Shown here in pieces: positions 22,690 to 35,700 of a stretch of DNA of 62,000 bases; position 1 is the stretch's first letter, and every line of letters begins with the position of its first letter. Position numbers and translations under genes: made by a program. The notes under the pieces were generated by a model. It was not told the DNA's origin. It saw only the letters and a list, made by a program, of their open reading frames with translations, and made no database searches. Location: NCBI GenBank assembly GCA_013265495.1, contig MU058059.1:2517502-2579501 (forward strand). The letters run 5' to 3'. The stretch comes from Vicugna vicugna. Lineage: Eukaryota.

Positions 22690-22845
22690 AGGCAGTGTGG
22701 GTTGACCTGGGAGTGAGTGTGTCACTCTCTGTCCTTGTGACTTTGGACAGGTGCCCTGATTTGTCTGTTTCATCCTTCTCAGTGAGAAGTAACTCACGTA
22801 ACTCAGGCGTGTAAGAATGGAATGAGCTGAGTCAATTCATTGTGA
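22690..22845 (+). mobile_element. MIR fragment
   Basis: gacctgggagtgag..tgtgactttggacaggtg..tctgtttcatc..gtgtaagaatggaatgag. Confidence 0.45.
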
Positions 22846-23702
22846 TGTTCAGTGGCACGTACAGAAAACCCTCAAGTTCCCTCTTGAGTTTTGGCCCGTG
22901 TAGAAGAATACTTTACAAGCGTCATCATCCTGTTGAGCTGACAAAATGGTGTGGTGGATGCAGGGTGCTTTGGTCGTGTGCCTAGTAATTTCCCCGGCTC
23001 TCTGGTCCTCATTCCACACCGTTAAGCCATGCGGCACAGCACTGAGAAAGAAAACACCTTTATCCCCCTTCTTTTTCTTGGCCATTGTTGATTATCATGG
23101 AGTTAAACAAGGAAGATTAGAGATCGTGCCTTATCTTTGAAAAATGGACTTTGAAGTTCCTTATGTATTTAACATGAAGCCGGTGAGACTGTTCTCGTGA
23201 ATTAAATCCCTGCCACTCAGGGTGGATGAGAAACGATCCTCCCAAGAAACCTGATTATTATTTAATAAGGGGGGCACTATCACTTTTTTACTAATAATCT
23301 GGGATAACAAGAAATAATGCTTGGAAAAATCTTAACAAGGAGAAGCCCTTGAGGGCAAGTTTTAATATTATAATGGATCATTTTAATTAACCATGGACAC
23401 TCATTCTCATTAGCTCTTCTTCTTGACGTCTCGGTGGCACGGAGTATCTGAATCATCTGTGTTCATTATTCTCCACTTAATAAAGCCACACCTCACCCCG
23501 TCCTTTTTTTTTTTTTTTTTTTTATTTTTTTTTGCTGCATGTCGCGGAGTCATCCCAATCCCCTGCACAGGTCACCATTCGTTTAATTTAAGTCATACTG
23601 GAGCGATTCTCACTGGGGGTTCACGTGTCTATAGGGCAGGAAGAAGGAGAGAACTGGGGCAGCGTCTTTCCAGGATGACTGCAAACTGTGCCTGGGAAGA
23701 TA

Positions 23703-23860
23703 GCATATGTGGAATCTAAAAAAGAAAAAGATTCAGTGACAGTTACCAGAGGGGAAAAAGGGGTGGGGAGGGATAAATTGGGAGTTCAGAATTTGCAGAT
23801 ACACACTACTATGCATAAAATAGATAAACAACAGGGTCCTATTGTATAGCACAGGGAACT
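23703..23860 (+). mobile_element. L1 3'UTR fragment lacking its terminal part; includes G-run cluster 23751-23772
   Basis: catatgtggaatctaaaaa..gttaccagagggga..gggataaattgggagttcagaatttgcagatacacactac..cacagggaact. Confidence 0.85.
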
Positions 23861-23871
23861 GTTGAAAAAAA

Positions 23872-24267
23872 AAGTACAGTCGGCATACGATGTTGTGTTG
23901 ATTTCTGGTGTACAGCGTAGTGATTCAGTCATATGTAATAGATGTTCTTTTCCATTATAGGTTATCATAAGCTATTGAATATAGTTCCCTGTGCTAGACG
24001 GTAGGACCTTGTTATTTATCTATTTCATATATAGTAGTTTGTATCTGCTAATCCCAAACTCCTAATTTATCCCTCCTCCCAGCCTTTCCTCCTAGGTGCC
24101 CATAAGTTTGTTTCCTCTGTCTGTGAACCTGTTTCTGGTTTGTAAACAAGTTCATTTGTGTCATTTTTTTCAATTCCATATGGAAGTGATAGCATATGGT
24201 GTTTGTCTTTCTCTGTCTGACTCACTTCACTTAGTATAACAGTCATTATGTCCATCCCTGTTGCTGT
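23872..24267 (-). mobile_element. L1 3' end (cetartiodactyl type)
   Basis: ttgtgttgatttctggtgtacagc..attgaatatagttccctgtgct..aatttatccctcc..agttcatttgtgtc..tctgactcacttcacttagtat..tccatccctgttgctg. Confidence 0.85.
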
Positions 24268-27200
24268 TGAGTCTGACTCTTTAAGAGACCTTTAAAGATC
24301 ACCATTTCACCTCAGCCACAGTCGCCTGTACCGAGAACCTAAAAGGTGTCCAGGCAGCACTGCTGAAGTGCACGTGTGGGGAGGAAGCGCACGCCTCACG
24401 CGGTTACTAAGACGCAGACAGACCGCAGCGCACTCCCACTGAGCCGAAGCCCTTCTCTCTGGGGGCTCCTCCCATGGCCCGTTCTCTCCCTCGGATGATA
24501 TGAGACACGTAGCGTCCTTCAGCCTTTTGAGTGACCTTCAAATTGCTTAATATGTAAGAAGTCACTGTCATTCACTTAAAGGTACCGAAGTGCTTAAGTT
24601 TACTGAGTACTGTGTAAATGCTATGGAGGTAAAATGTTTGGCAAACATTTGGAACAGAAACTGGACCAGCTTCTGAGGGGATGGGCCAGGACACTGGAGA
24701 AGCAGAGCTTTCTCACGGTGTTTCAGCCCCAGGGAGACTGGGTAGCCTCCATCCCACGTAGCCACCCTCTTGTTCAGTTACCCAGCCGTTGACAAAATCC
24801 TTGACATAAGAATTAGAAGTCAGACCACAGACGTCCCACCCAGGAACGTGGGGTTTGCTCTGTGAGGTGAGGGGAGCGCAGGGGTCACAGGGTCATAAGT
24901 GACAGTGAGAGTCACTGATGGGACGAGCCAGGCCGCCCCAGCTAGGGAGGGAGAGCCGGAAAAGCAAGGAGGGAAGGGGCTGGATGGTCTGGGAGAAATG
25001 ATAAACTGAAGACACCAAAGATCTCATCAAGTTTGAGTTCGGAGGGGACCTGAGTTCCAGGTGATAGCAAAGACTTGCACGTTCTCAGGAGCACAACCAC
25101 TGAAATCATGTGCTAATGACGTGAGAGACCTGCAGGATCTTCTGACTGGTTTATAAACAGACCACGCATATCTTAAGACCTGTGTTTAACTTAAGATAAT
25201 AGTAGGTATAGTTTTTATTTTAAGTAAAGCTGGCAGAAGTAAGTACACATTCCTAATTTGACACAAAGAGTTTTTATTCTAAGAACCTACTAAATTTGTT
25301 TCTTATAGTTCATCGCAGTAAATCTGTGTATAATTGAGTCGTTTTAGCACTTTCTGGTGCTTTTCTCAGAATTGAAATAAGCGATATGAGGGTAGTCTTA
25401 GAAAATTAAATGGAAAACTTGAGTGAGGTTGGTGAGGATCGCTGGGGAACTCTGGAGCTGACCGCTGGGGTCAGGCAGACAGGGAGAGAGGGGCTAGGCT
25501 GCAACCATTTTTGAGACGGTAGTTATTTTCAAGGAAAGGAAAATATTTTAAATTTATTAATATGAGCTGGAATTGAACATCTAAAAATTATGGATATTAT
25601 ACAAAGTGAATCATTGATAGTTAATGATTTGCTAATTGATAATGATACAATATTAGAATACAGCGCATACGGACACATCTACAAGTGAACCATTTTCTGA
25701 CTTTGGGCTTTTCCTGTTTTTAGTGAAGGCATTATTCTAATACGTATTTTAATCAACAGAATGAGAGCTCAGTGGGGAATACCATGACTTCTCTGCATTA
25801 CCATATCATGTACTTATTGATCAGTGGGCTACATACATGCCTTTGTGTTGGCAAGATGTGTTCATATTAAAATTTAAAAAAAGGTGGAAGATGCTATACT
25901 TGCCCTTAGGAAATCTTATATTGATTTGTATTTTATGAAGACAGAAATGAGTTTTCAGATCTGGTAGATGAACTCCATTTTTTTTGCTGATTTCTTTGTT
26001 TCTAACTTCTGCCTTCTTTTAGGATTGAGGCTCTGTCTCATTCATTGGTTTAAACATCATTAATCGACTTTTCCTTCCATTTTGGCTAAAGATTTCAATT
26101 CCATATTTAGATGTCAGAATTCTGACAGCCACACCATGTGGTGGATCTCCGTCCAGGGCTCTGCTGTGACCCACTCTGAGGGGGTCACAGTTCTGGCTGT
26201 CTTTCTTATCGTCCCTTGGCTTGTGGCTGTTTCTGCCAAAGGCTACGGTGATCTACAATATGGTGGCAGTTTTGTGGCTGGTGGACCAGGTAACCATCTG
26301 TTTTGTCATCCAAACCCAGATATATTTGGCTAATAATAGTTATGCCAGAACAGGCTTAATCCTGGGACTGCAACCTGGGACATAGGTCCTCTGCTTACAG
26401 AAAACCAGTTTTCTGTTCAAAGTCTTCAATTGTCCACATTTCAGCAAATCACTTTCTTAAGACAGCATTTCTCAAACCAGGGAACCCGTAACCTAGTTCA
26501 CGTACAAAACAATGGGGTGGAAGTGGCACCTTCCTAACAGCAGTTCTAGTCGATGGGAATTATGACTGCTACTCTTTTACATTAAAGTATGTTTGCATGA
26601 AATAGGATCCAGAGTCTGCATATTTTAAGGTAAAATTTTTGAGTCTTCAAAGAAATACCATTTTTGCAGTAAGTTGCCTACTACAGCATACCCAGACCTC
26701 TCTATTCTCTCTCCTCCACCGTCAGTGGTACTTCTGTCTAAATGTTTGAAAAGAACTGACTTAAGTGACCTTTGAAGTGAATTTGGAAGATGAAAACAAA
26801 CTGATTGACTCTGTTCTGCAAACTTCTGGGCAGTCTTGTAGCTCCTCTAGCCTGTAACAGACATAAAGGTTATGACTGGAGGAAGGGGAGGACCACCTTC
26901 CCTGTGTCTCTCTTGAAAATCTGTCTGATTTGGTACCACAAGAGGTTACTTGTTTTGTGTTAATCATTGCTATCTCCTGTAGGCTTCTGTAAAAGGTAAA
27001 TACACTCCAATCCATCCACTTAACAAATGTGTTTGTGTGTTCCTTTGCTATGTGTGGAATCCATGCGACATGGAGTGTTATTTTATAGTCCCATAGACGT
27101 AAGAAGTGAGTTATTTCAGTGGCTGGCACCAGCTTCAGGGAGGGGACCTTGTTCATTTTCATGCCTTGGTGTGACACAGAACTTAAGGCCGTGGGCTTTC

Positions 27201-29516
27201 AGGTGTCAAGGAAACGAGGTAGCTCACCCATCCCAAATCAAACAGGGGTCTGAGGATGGGAGGAGAGGCAGGAGACGGGGGTGAGCGTCAGGGTGAAAAG
27301 GGGCCACAGGATCTCTTTTTCATACTTAGTTATCTAGCACATGGGTCTGTATAAAGTCCTTCCTGTTCGCTCCCCGTGTCCACGCCTGAGTGAGACAGTC
27401 TCAAGAAAGTGCCCAGGAGGGAAGTTCTTGATCAGTGGAAGCTTTTTTTTTCCTTAAAGTTAAAAACCATTCAGTTTTATTAACTGACATATATTTGGTT
27501 GAGAAATAGTCTAAATAAAGCCTTTCGCAATTCGCTGTACGATCCTAGATCAAAACACAGATGACGAGAATTCAGAAGCCTCTTGTTCTTCTTCTGTCAT
27601 CATCTGAGAGTTGTGATTTCTGTGGTTGACGAAACAGAGGCTAATTATCTGGTAAATGTGGCTGTACATTCGTTTGAGGGAGGGAGTAACTGATGCTTTT
27701 TTGAATATCCATGACGAGGTCTTTATTTCAGCCATGTCAACTGATATTTATGAATTCTGTTGCTTTATGAAGATACTTCAGGATTTTAATGAACTATCGT
27801 CTCCTTATCTTCAAAAGCATTGGCACAACTATTTAAAATTGAGAGTGATCCTCTGTCTTACTTTAATGCAAAGAATGACTCCCTCAGCGCTTAACTAATG
27901 ATGATCTGTAGGAATGTTTCCAAGCCCTTGTGCACATGGAAACTGTCCCAGGATTCATCAGCAGGAGAAACTGACCCAGAGCTCAGAGCCCAAAGAAAGA
28001 GAAAATCTATTCCCACCTACTCAGAAATCCTTAGAGAAATTGCTAGAGACAGAGGCAGGTGCCTTGGGATAAAGTTCAGAGTGAAAACAATTTCTTTGGC
28101 GTGACAGAGGCTAGGTATCTCAGCTCACCCCGGGTACCAGTTCATGAGATGTTTTTGCCTCCTGGATGGTTGGTGCAGTCTGGGAATGGGGAGAAAGACT
28201 TAGAGACGGGAAAGCAGACGGTATCAGACACCAGCATCTTCCCTGCCTCTTAGACACACCCAGGCCTGGAATCCTCTCCTGATGCTAGATGTGTGGCCGA
28301 ACTCCAAGTTGGATAGTATGTAAGAATTGGAATAATACTCGTGAGTATTGTATTGTGATAGATAAAAGAATATACCAAGTACGAAAAAATGAGGATCCCA
28401 CATCACGCACAGTTTTGAGAATCTCAGGAGAAGTAAAGGGAGCAGTAATGGTAGTTATGTTTACTTAATTCCGTGCTAACTTCCTAATGCTTGCAGTATT
28501 CTTTAACCGGTATTTCAGTTGTCATAGTTCTAAATTGTGGTATACTGAAAATCAAAGTATGTCATTTAAAAACATGACTTACATGGTCTTGGCTGAGTGT
28601 CTTGTGTTATAAGCCACTGAGGCTAGTGATATAAACAAACTATTTCCCCTGTCAGAGAATCTTTCCGAAAAATAGATACCAAATGCCCCCAATTATTGAT
28701 ACTTATTAGTGCACAAATAGATAGTCACTGGTACTGACTTATATTCTTCTGTGTTATGTCTATGAAACAAGTAGCCTTTGCCTGACTTTGATAATACCCA
28801 ATTCTTCATCAAAAACCAAAATCTACGTCTAGCAGAACACCATAAAATATCATTAAATTTGATTAACTCTTGATCTATGCTGTTAAGGATTTGTCTTTCA
28901 GAATATGAGTGACATATAGTTCAATATTTTTATTATCTTAATATAAGTAAGTTAGACAGACAGTTACTCCGTGTTTCTAGTTACATTCAGTTTTTGCTTA
29001 GAGAGCTAGCCTGGTAACTAGTTTCTGATATTCTGGAATGAGAAATGTATCCCTGCAGAAGATGGAAGCCCGACGGTCTGGCACATGAGAGTTCTTAGGA
29101 CTTCACATGCCTCCGGAATATGTCTTGTATGGAGATATGCACACTCGTGAGGTGATAACCTTTGTAAGTCGTTTTGAAATTCTGTTTATTCAGAGCCAGC
29201 ACATTTCTGCTAACATATTTCGAAGCCAAATATATACATATATAAACACATTTGTTTATTATACATTAGAGACTTCCCACATAGCAAAAAAAATTTTTTT
29301 TAAAAAGCAAAGCAACATAAAACAGAAAGGACCTTAACCTGTGAAAGTTTGATTTTAAATGAGAAACATAATTTCTGGATTAGTATGGAAGACTCTGTGA
29401 AGTAGGACCATGTGCAAAGTGACAGGTTTACTACAGTTTTAAGAGAACAATTGACTAGATCCAAGGACAGATCCCTGTATTTTTAAAAAATCGCAAATTA
29501 AAAACAAAGGAATTGT

Positions 29517-29748
29517 GGGGGTGGGGTGTAGCTCAGTGGTAGAGTGAGTGCTTAGTGTGCACGAGGTCCTGGGTTCAATCCCCAGTACCACCACTAACAC
29601 AGGGAACTATATTCAATATAATAACATATAATGGAAAAGAATCTAAAAATATATATGTATGTATATGTATAACAGAATTGCTTTGCTGTACACCTGAAAC
29701 TAACGTTGTAAATCAGTTACACTCAATAAAGAACACAGTTTTTAAAAA
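29517..29748 (+). mobile_element. Composite element: Vic-1-like tRNA SINE head (29517-29597) joined directly to an L1 3' end (29598-~29748)
   Basis: ggggtgtagctcagtggtagag..gggttcaatccccagtaccaccactaa|cacagggaactatattcaata..gctgtacacctgaaactaac..actcAATAAA. Confidence 0.8.
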
Positions 29749-29759
29749 GTACAGAATAA

Positions 29760-29862
29760 TGTGAAGACAACGTGAGATGATTCACATGAAGCTCTCAAGA
29801 TCTCAGTGCAGTCACTGGCACATAGTAGTTCCTCAGTGTATGATTGTTGAATGATGAATGAG
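29760..29862 (+). mobile_element. MIR/L2 3' fragment
   Basis: gtgagatgattcacatgaagc..ctggcacatagtagttcctcagtg..ttgttgaatgatgaatga. Confidence 0.5.
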
Positions 29863-31229
29863 AATTAAATCTAGTAAGACTCCATATGTTTATATATAAA
29901 AGGATAAATTCTGTCATAACACTTTGCAAAAGACAAGACTTTTTACTCTTAACGTTAGAATAAATTACCTGCAAATTGCCCTTCCGTTCCTAAATTACAG
30001 TATTGAATACTTGCATTTTCCAGTTTGGATCTGTTTTGTTTTCTTCAAGACTGTGTGCTTTGTATGTACTTTGATTCTTTTCTTGGAAAACAGTGGCCTT
30101 TTCATCTGATCTTTGAGAAACTGAGTCAAGCAGTTCCTAAGTTTTTGGCTCCGTCTTCCCAGTTCCGTCCTAACTGGTGAGCTGCGGAGGCTGTTCAGTC
30201 ATAAACATTCTAGCTGGTGCGCGTTGACCACACTCTTGAGTCTGCACCCACTTGAGGGTAAGTGATGTAACCTGCTGGAGATTAAGGCTGTAAGTTTTAA
30301 GGTCGGATTTTCCATGTTACTGCAATCAGTACTTTGCAGGTAATGCTAACGTTTTCTCTATGAAGTATGTTGGCCAGCGGGTGGAAAATCAATGCCAGCG
30401 AATGAAAAACAGGTGTCAAGTCTGATAGGAACATCATGCGTCTGCTGTTCGGAGGCCACAGGGTCCTGTCAACCAACACAGCGGTAATTCTGTCAGATGC
30501 AGTGTGTGTGGAATTAATGAAAATGCCAGAAACAAAGTGGTCTGGACGGCCAGCCAGTTCTGCAAAAAGTCAGGGCAGAGCAATGTGTCTTCTTGTTCCA
30601 CCTGAAGTGGGCGCATCCTGGAAAGACAATGGGGGAGAGTTCAGGTGGAGGCGTGTTCGTGGAGCTGTGGTCTCACAGAGAGACACCGTGAAGAGAAAGG
30701 AGATGAAGGGGTCGTGGGTGGCCTTGCCGCAAGTCAGAGGGACGATGCTTACAAGTGTCCAGCAGCCCAGTGGGGAGTGTTGTAACCTAGTGAAGTGGTT
30801 GGATTTGGAAGTTGCAAATCAGCAGTCTTTTCGAGGCGAGTCAAGCTGGGCCTCCTTCTCGAGCTGGTGAGGGATGACTAAGGCCTGAGAGAGCCGAGAG
30901 GAGACAAGGAACAAGAGAAATGACCAGTGGCTCATTTTCTAACACGCAGAACACTCACCACTTAAATTTAACTGTCCATGTCCTAAAGCGAAAAACGATC
31001 CACACTTATTCAATACTAGGGATTGTTTACCAGTTCGATAAATGAGCGGGGAAAAAATGAAGTACATATAATACTGAAAAAAGAGAGTAAAATTGTCAGT
31101 TACTTTTTAAAAAGTGTGAAGTGTTTTTTTCATGGAAAATGGAGAAGCAGCCCCTGGAAACCAATGTAAGTATTATGAGAGTCTGGTAAAACACAGTTAC
31201 AGAGTAAAATATACAAAAACCAGTAACTC

Positions 31230-31400
31230 TGCAGCCACACTGCCGAATTCAGATTCTGGCTCTCCCACCGGTTGGTCACGTAACCTTGGGTTACATGGGT
31301 TCATGCCTCCATGTCCTCCCCTGTAAACAAGTTACTACATATGAAGCCTTGAAACAGTGCCTGCTGCGTCATTGGTACCAGATAAGGGCTTGCTAGTATT
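31230..31400 (+). mobile_element. MIR SINE
   Basis: gcagccacactgccgaattcagattctggctctcccac..gtaaccttggg..ctgtaaa..gccttgaaacagtgcctg. Confidence 0.6.
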
Positions 31401-31729
31401 TTTGCTGTTTTCATTCTATCTCTAGCTGTCCGAATACCTTTCTACAAAACGTCAGTAAGAAGATGCTACTTACAGTACGGCTGAAAAATGTACAATGTCT
31501 ACGACAGAACCCAGCGAGAAATACCCTAGTAAGCGGAGGAAGTCGTCTTTTAAAAACGTCAGTCCTCCCAAAAGTAGCTTATAAACTTAATACAGTTTCA
31601 TCTCAGATCCCAGTGACTTTCAGGGACGTGCAGACACTTGCAAAGTATCTTTAAAGTTTATTGGGAGGACTCTAGGCATGTGAAATTAACCCCAAGATTT
31701 TGTTAATCCAAAAAAACTCGTTAAAGATT

Positions 31730-31940
31730 GACCTTCTGTCTGTCGCATCTCCCCTGTGTCTTCTGTAAGGGCATTGATCATTAGATTCGGGACCTCCCCA
31801 CATAACCCAGGATGGTCATTTTATCCAACATCCTTAATTACATCCACCAAGACTCGTTTCCAAATTAGGTCACATTCATAGATTCTCAGACATGGACGTA
31901 TTTGGGGGTAAGGGAGAGGGGACAACATTCAATCCACTCC
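31730..31940 (-). mobile_element. MaLR LTR fragment (MLT1A/B/C-like)
   Basis: cttctgtaaggg..cattagattcggg..ataacccaggatg..atccttaattacatc..tttccaaattaggtcacattc..gggacaacattcaatccact. Confidence 0.7.
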
Positions 31941-32564
31941 AGTAACTAATATTAGAGAAAAGATACATTGTTAATGGGAGTATAAAAGGAACATTTTCTG
32001 GAGGGCAGTTTGGCAATTCACAGTAAAATTCTTAGGTATTTGCTATTCTTAACCTTAACATGTCTATTCCTAGAAATACAAACTAAGTGGAGAAAGATTC
32101 ATGCATAGTGGCAAAGAAGGCTTCAAGAATATTTACTGTAATAAAGTTTGTATTTTAAAAGTTGTAAATACTCTCGACACCCAACGATAGGGAGTCAATT
32201 GAAGGAAATGTGGATGCATATTCAGGAGAACCCGGAGCAGTTGTTTGAAAGGATAGTCTTTTAAGAATTCAGTAACACAGAAAATCTTCATTTGTTAGTA
32301 TAGAAAAGTAGGCTATAAATAGATGAGTTAGAATTATTCAAGTTTTTTACCTCTATAGACACAAACACACATAGAACAAGAATAGATAATATACCCCTAA
32401 ATGTTAAGTTCAGTGTCTGGGAGCAGTAAGATTTTAGATGGCTTATCGTCCCTTCTTATTTTCTTTGACGGTAATCTGTATTTCAGAATTTTGCACGATG
32501 ACTTTCTATTGTTACAACAACATGAAAAATCTTACAGGGAAAAATCCACTTGTAGATATCTAGA

Positions 32565-32750
32565 AATAGCTTTCTATATGCTGGCCACTGCACTGGGAGT
32601 GGTAACTGCTTTACCTCATTTAATCCTTAAAATAACCCTCCCATAGGAATTATTAGCTCGATTTGGAAATAAGGAAACTGGAGTTCAGAGAAGTTGCCTG
32701 AAGCCCGGCTTCATCCTGCCGGAAACCAGGGATGCCTGGCTTCAGAGCAA
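32565..32750 (-). mobile_element. MIR SINE
   Basis: ctatatgctggccactg..cctcatttaatcctt..aaataaggaaactggagttcagagaagtt. Confidence 0.6.
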
Positions 32751-35700
32751 GATTTTCTGGTTCCAACCTCTGTCCTCTCACGTGTTGTCCTAGGCTACAT
32801 CCTAGCCCGGTAAGTGAAAGGAAGGAAGGCAGAGAGAGGAGACTTGGAAAGGAAAAGTGAACAGTGGACTTTTGAAAGTTTATGTAAGAAAAGGGAAGAA
32901 ATGAGATGCATATCTGTTTGGTGTAAATGATATAAAATTTGAGCTAAAAGAGAACAAAAAGTTCAACTCTCAGGTACATTTTCTGTATCAAGAAAATAAT
33001 CTGCAAAGAGTGACGTGGAGAAAGTACCTCATCAGAAGGAAATTGAGATTCAAGGTGGGTGAGAAAATGATTAACAAGCCACTTTAAATGATTTTAGATT
33101 CTTGACATGATGCATTTCTTACACCTCAATGTGTATCTTAATGGGTATCTTTGAAAAGCATCCATGTCTCAGTGGCAGTGAGATGCTGCCCAAACTGAAT
33201 AAATCATTCAGATACTATTGAAAAAGAGCAAAAAAAAAAAAAGATAGTTGAGGCTGAATGTCCATATCCTGCTGATGGTTGGAAAAACTAGTGTTGTTAC
33301 CTTCTAGAGATTTTTAAGGGGGATTTCTCTGTCGGGTGGGGAGTTGTATTAAATTGTGCCGAAGTCCTTTTTAACGCTCGCTGACTCCTTGGGACTAGGC
33401 TGTAAGTGGAAGACTTCCTTTTGTATGCAGGGTCTCTAGTTATATACATTCCTCAAGGGGGGAGGAACCACGTAAGATGCTAAAATCGTTGGTGGAAAAT
33501 GTTCCGTTCCTGAGGGACTTTCTTGTTCTGCGTGCATCATCTCACAAGTAATTTCCGTGGACAGAATGTCATGTGTGGTCACTCCGAAAAGATGCACAAA
33601 TGAAAAGATGAGTTCTCAGATGTACTGTTAACTGTGGTTAGATTTAAGACAGTTCATGATGAAGAACGAGGCGTGTCTCTTAGGTGTTCTCTGACTTCGC
33701 TTCTTTCTTCCACTGTCCCCCGAGCTCCAGCAAAACCCAGGAGTCATTGTGGTGACTCACATGAGTGCATATTTAATGTGATTTATACACATTTTACATT
33801 TATATCTAAATGGAATGTGTGCTGTCCCATTTCAAGGATTGTTACATTTGCAACTGATAATGTAAACAGAGCTCTCCTGCTGTCTGCCATGAAGTCCTTT
33901 GACAGTGCAGAGAAGGTTGCCCTTTACTGTGTGTTTATCAATCCTGGGGTTTGTGCTTAAGGAACTTTCTCAGAACTGGCATTCTGAACTCCTCTATTCT
34001 ATGAAAAAAAATCATACCTTCCGTGAAGCAAGTCTCTCAGCCAGCTAAGTGAGCTGGACAAGTGAAAGACGAAGTTGAATAAAACACCTAGAATAAGGAG
34101 GAAGTCCTATTTTTAGAGCCGTCTTCTCGGCATAGGTAAAGGCTTTTTGAGAGTTTGTGTTTTTGCACGTAGTCGCTTTGTACCCCCTCCCTCACTTTAT
34201 ATCTCCATTAGTTAGAATCACCACATCACTATCTCACCTACTTAACAGAAAGTGAATTCCTTAACATGGTTATTAATTTACTAATCGGGCTCTCAGAATG
34301 TACTTACAAGAAAAAATATTCTGTGCTTCAGATAATGGCTTCTTGAGGTATTGGAAAATTTCCCCTTTCCTTTTCAGATAGGATTTTACTGTTTAATTAC
34401 TGAGGTAACATACTGTCCATTTTTCTATTGCTGGTTCAAAATCTTAAGTGTGAGAAGCCTATTTAGTTAACTGCAGTTCTTGAAAAATACTCATTTCCCT
34501 TGAGGTATTGAATGTCTCATTTTGAGAAATGAGCTAAATGTACATGTGACTAAAACAGCCTGAATTCTCTACCCCTGTAAGTATACCTTCTTTAATAGAA
34601 TAGCTTCACAAATCTTTTTTAGGTTCTAATTCTCTGAACCCTTTTTTTCTCAGTCCAGTGCAGACTTATAAATTATATTTTCTTCAGATAATTCTGGCAT
34701 GCTTTTTCAAAGCTGAGTGTGAATTGGGTACTAGGGCCCTTCTAACCTAAGGACAAGGAGGTTTGGAAGAGTGATGGGGCCACGTGGAGAAGCCTACACA
34801 TTCTAAAAGTATCTGCAGTGGTCCTGAGGCCAGAGTGGCATTGTTTTGTATTAGCTGGAGGTCACTGACATTTATCTGTTAATACTTGGAAGTTTCTTTT
34901 CTCCCTCTTATATGTCATCATTGCAAGAACATGGTTCCACTTTTGAAGTTCTAACTCTGTCCTGAAACAATTTATGTAGGACTGGTGCTGATGTAATAGG
35001 CTCTGAGCTCCCTGGATCTTCGTATATGTTGAGACTCTTACAATTCGTGACGCATGCTCAGTCCCTGTCCCTCGAATGGCTGAAGGTTTCCCCTCCAGGA
35101 GCTCTTGTGAATCTGTGGGACAGAAAGGAAGGGGTGTCTCCCTGTATCTGCCATCAGACTCTGGAAACACCGCTGCAATTTGCAGTAAGCTTAATTGCCA
35201 TGTTAATCAAATTTTCATTGGTTTTAGCAGAAAAAGAAATAGCTGCATGGATAGGAGTGGGGAGGGACCCAGCACAATTTTTTTGTTTGTTTTTAATATA
35301 CACTAGCTTTCTGTTTCTTCTTTCCCCTCTACAGTTGGCTTCTTCAGTTTTTAGCAGGTAGCCGTATTTCTAATCATGATGTTGTCATGATATTTAGTAC
35401 TATTTCCAGTAGCCACTTAGTCAGCCTCCTGATTTTTATCAGGCAAGTCTTCCTCCCTAAGTGATTAAAGTCACATACCTAGCCAGAGTTGGGATATTTA
35501 CTGGAGGTAGTTTTAGAAACATAATCCACGGTAAACCATGTCGTTATCACATCTTGAAAAGGTCTTAATAGTAATAAATAACTGGAACTCCTTTTTTTTA
35601 GTTATTTTCTACCAGGATTATGTTACAGAAAACATGATATATTTTACGATTTCGTGTGACTCAGAAGTAATTACCGAATTCATAATTCTGCAAGTCGCAG

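Larger units (their letters stand above)
31060..32480 (+). mobile_element. Ancient L1 (L1ME-like) remnant interrupted by MIR and MLT insertions
   Basis: ORF2/3'UTR-like phrases (gtaaaattgtcagt, aaatatacaaaaaccagta, gtcagtcctcccaaaagtagcttataaacttaatacag, ttttctggagggcagtttggcaat). Confidence 0.5.

Noticed and set aside
23751..23772. G-quadruplex motif GGGG-A5-GGGG-T-GGGG-A-GGG
   Set aside because: Real motif but the ordinary G-rich tract of L1 3'UTRs; not novel.
33080..33300. Possible CR1/L3 remnant (also 36170-36350)
   Set aside because: Similarity too faint to support by eye.
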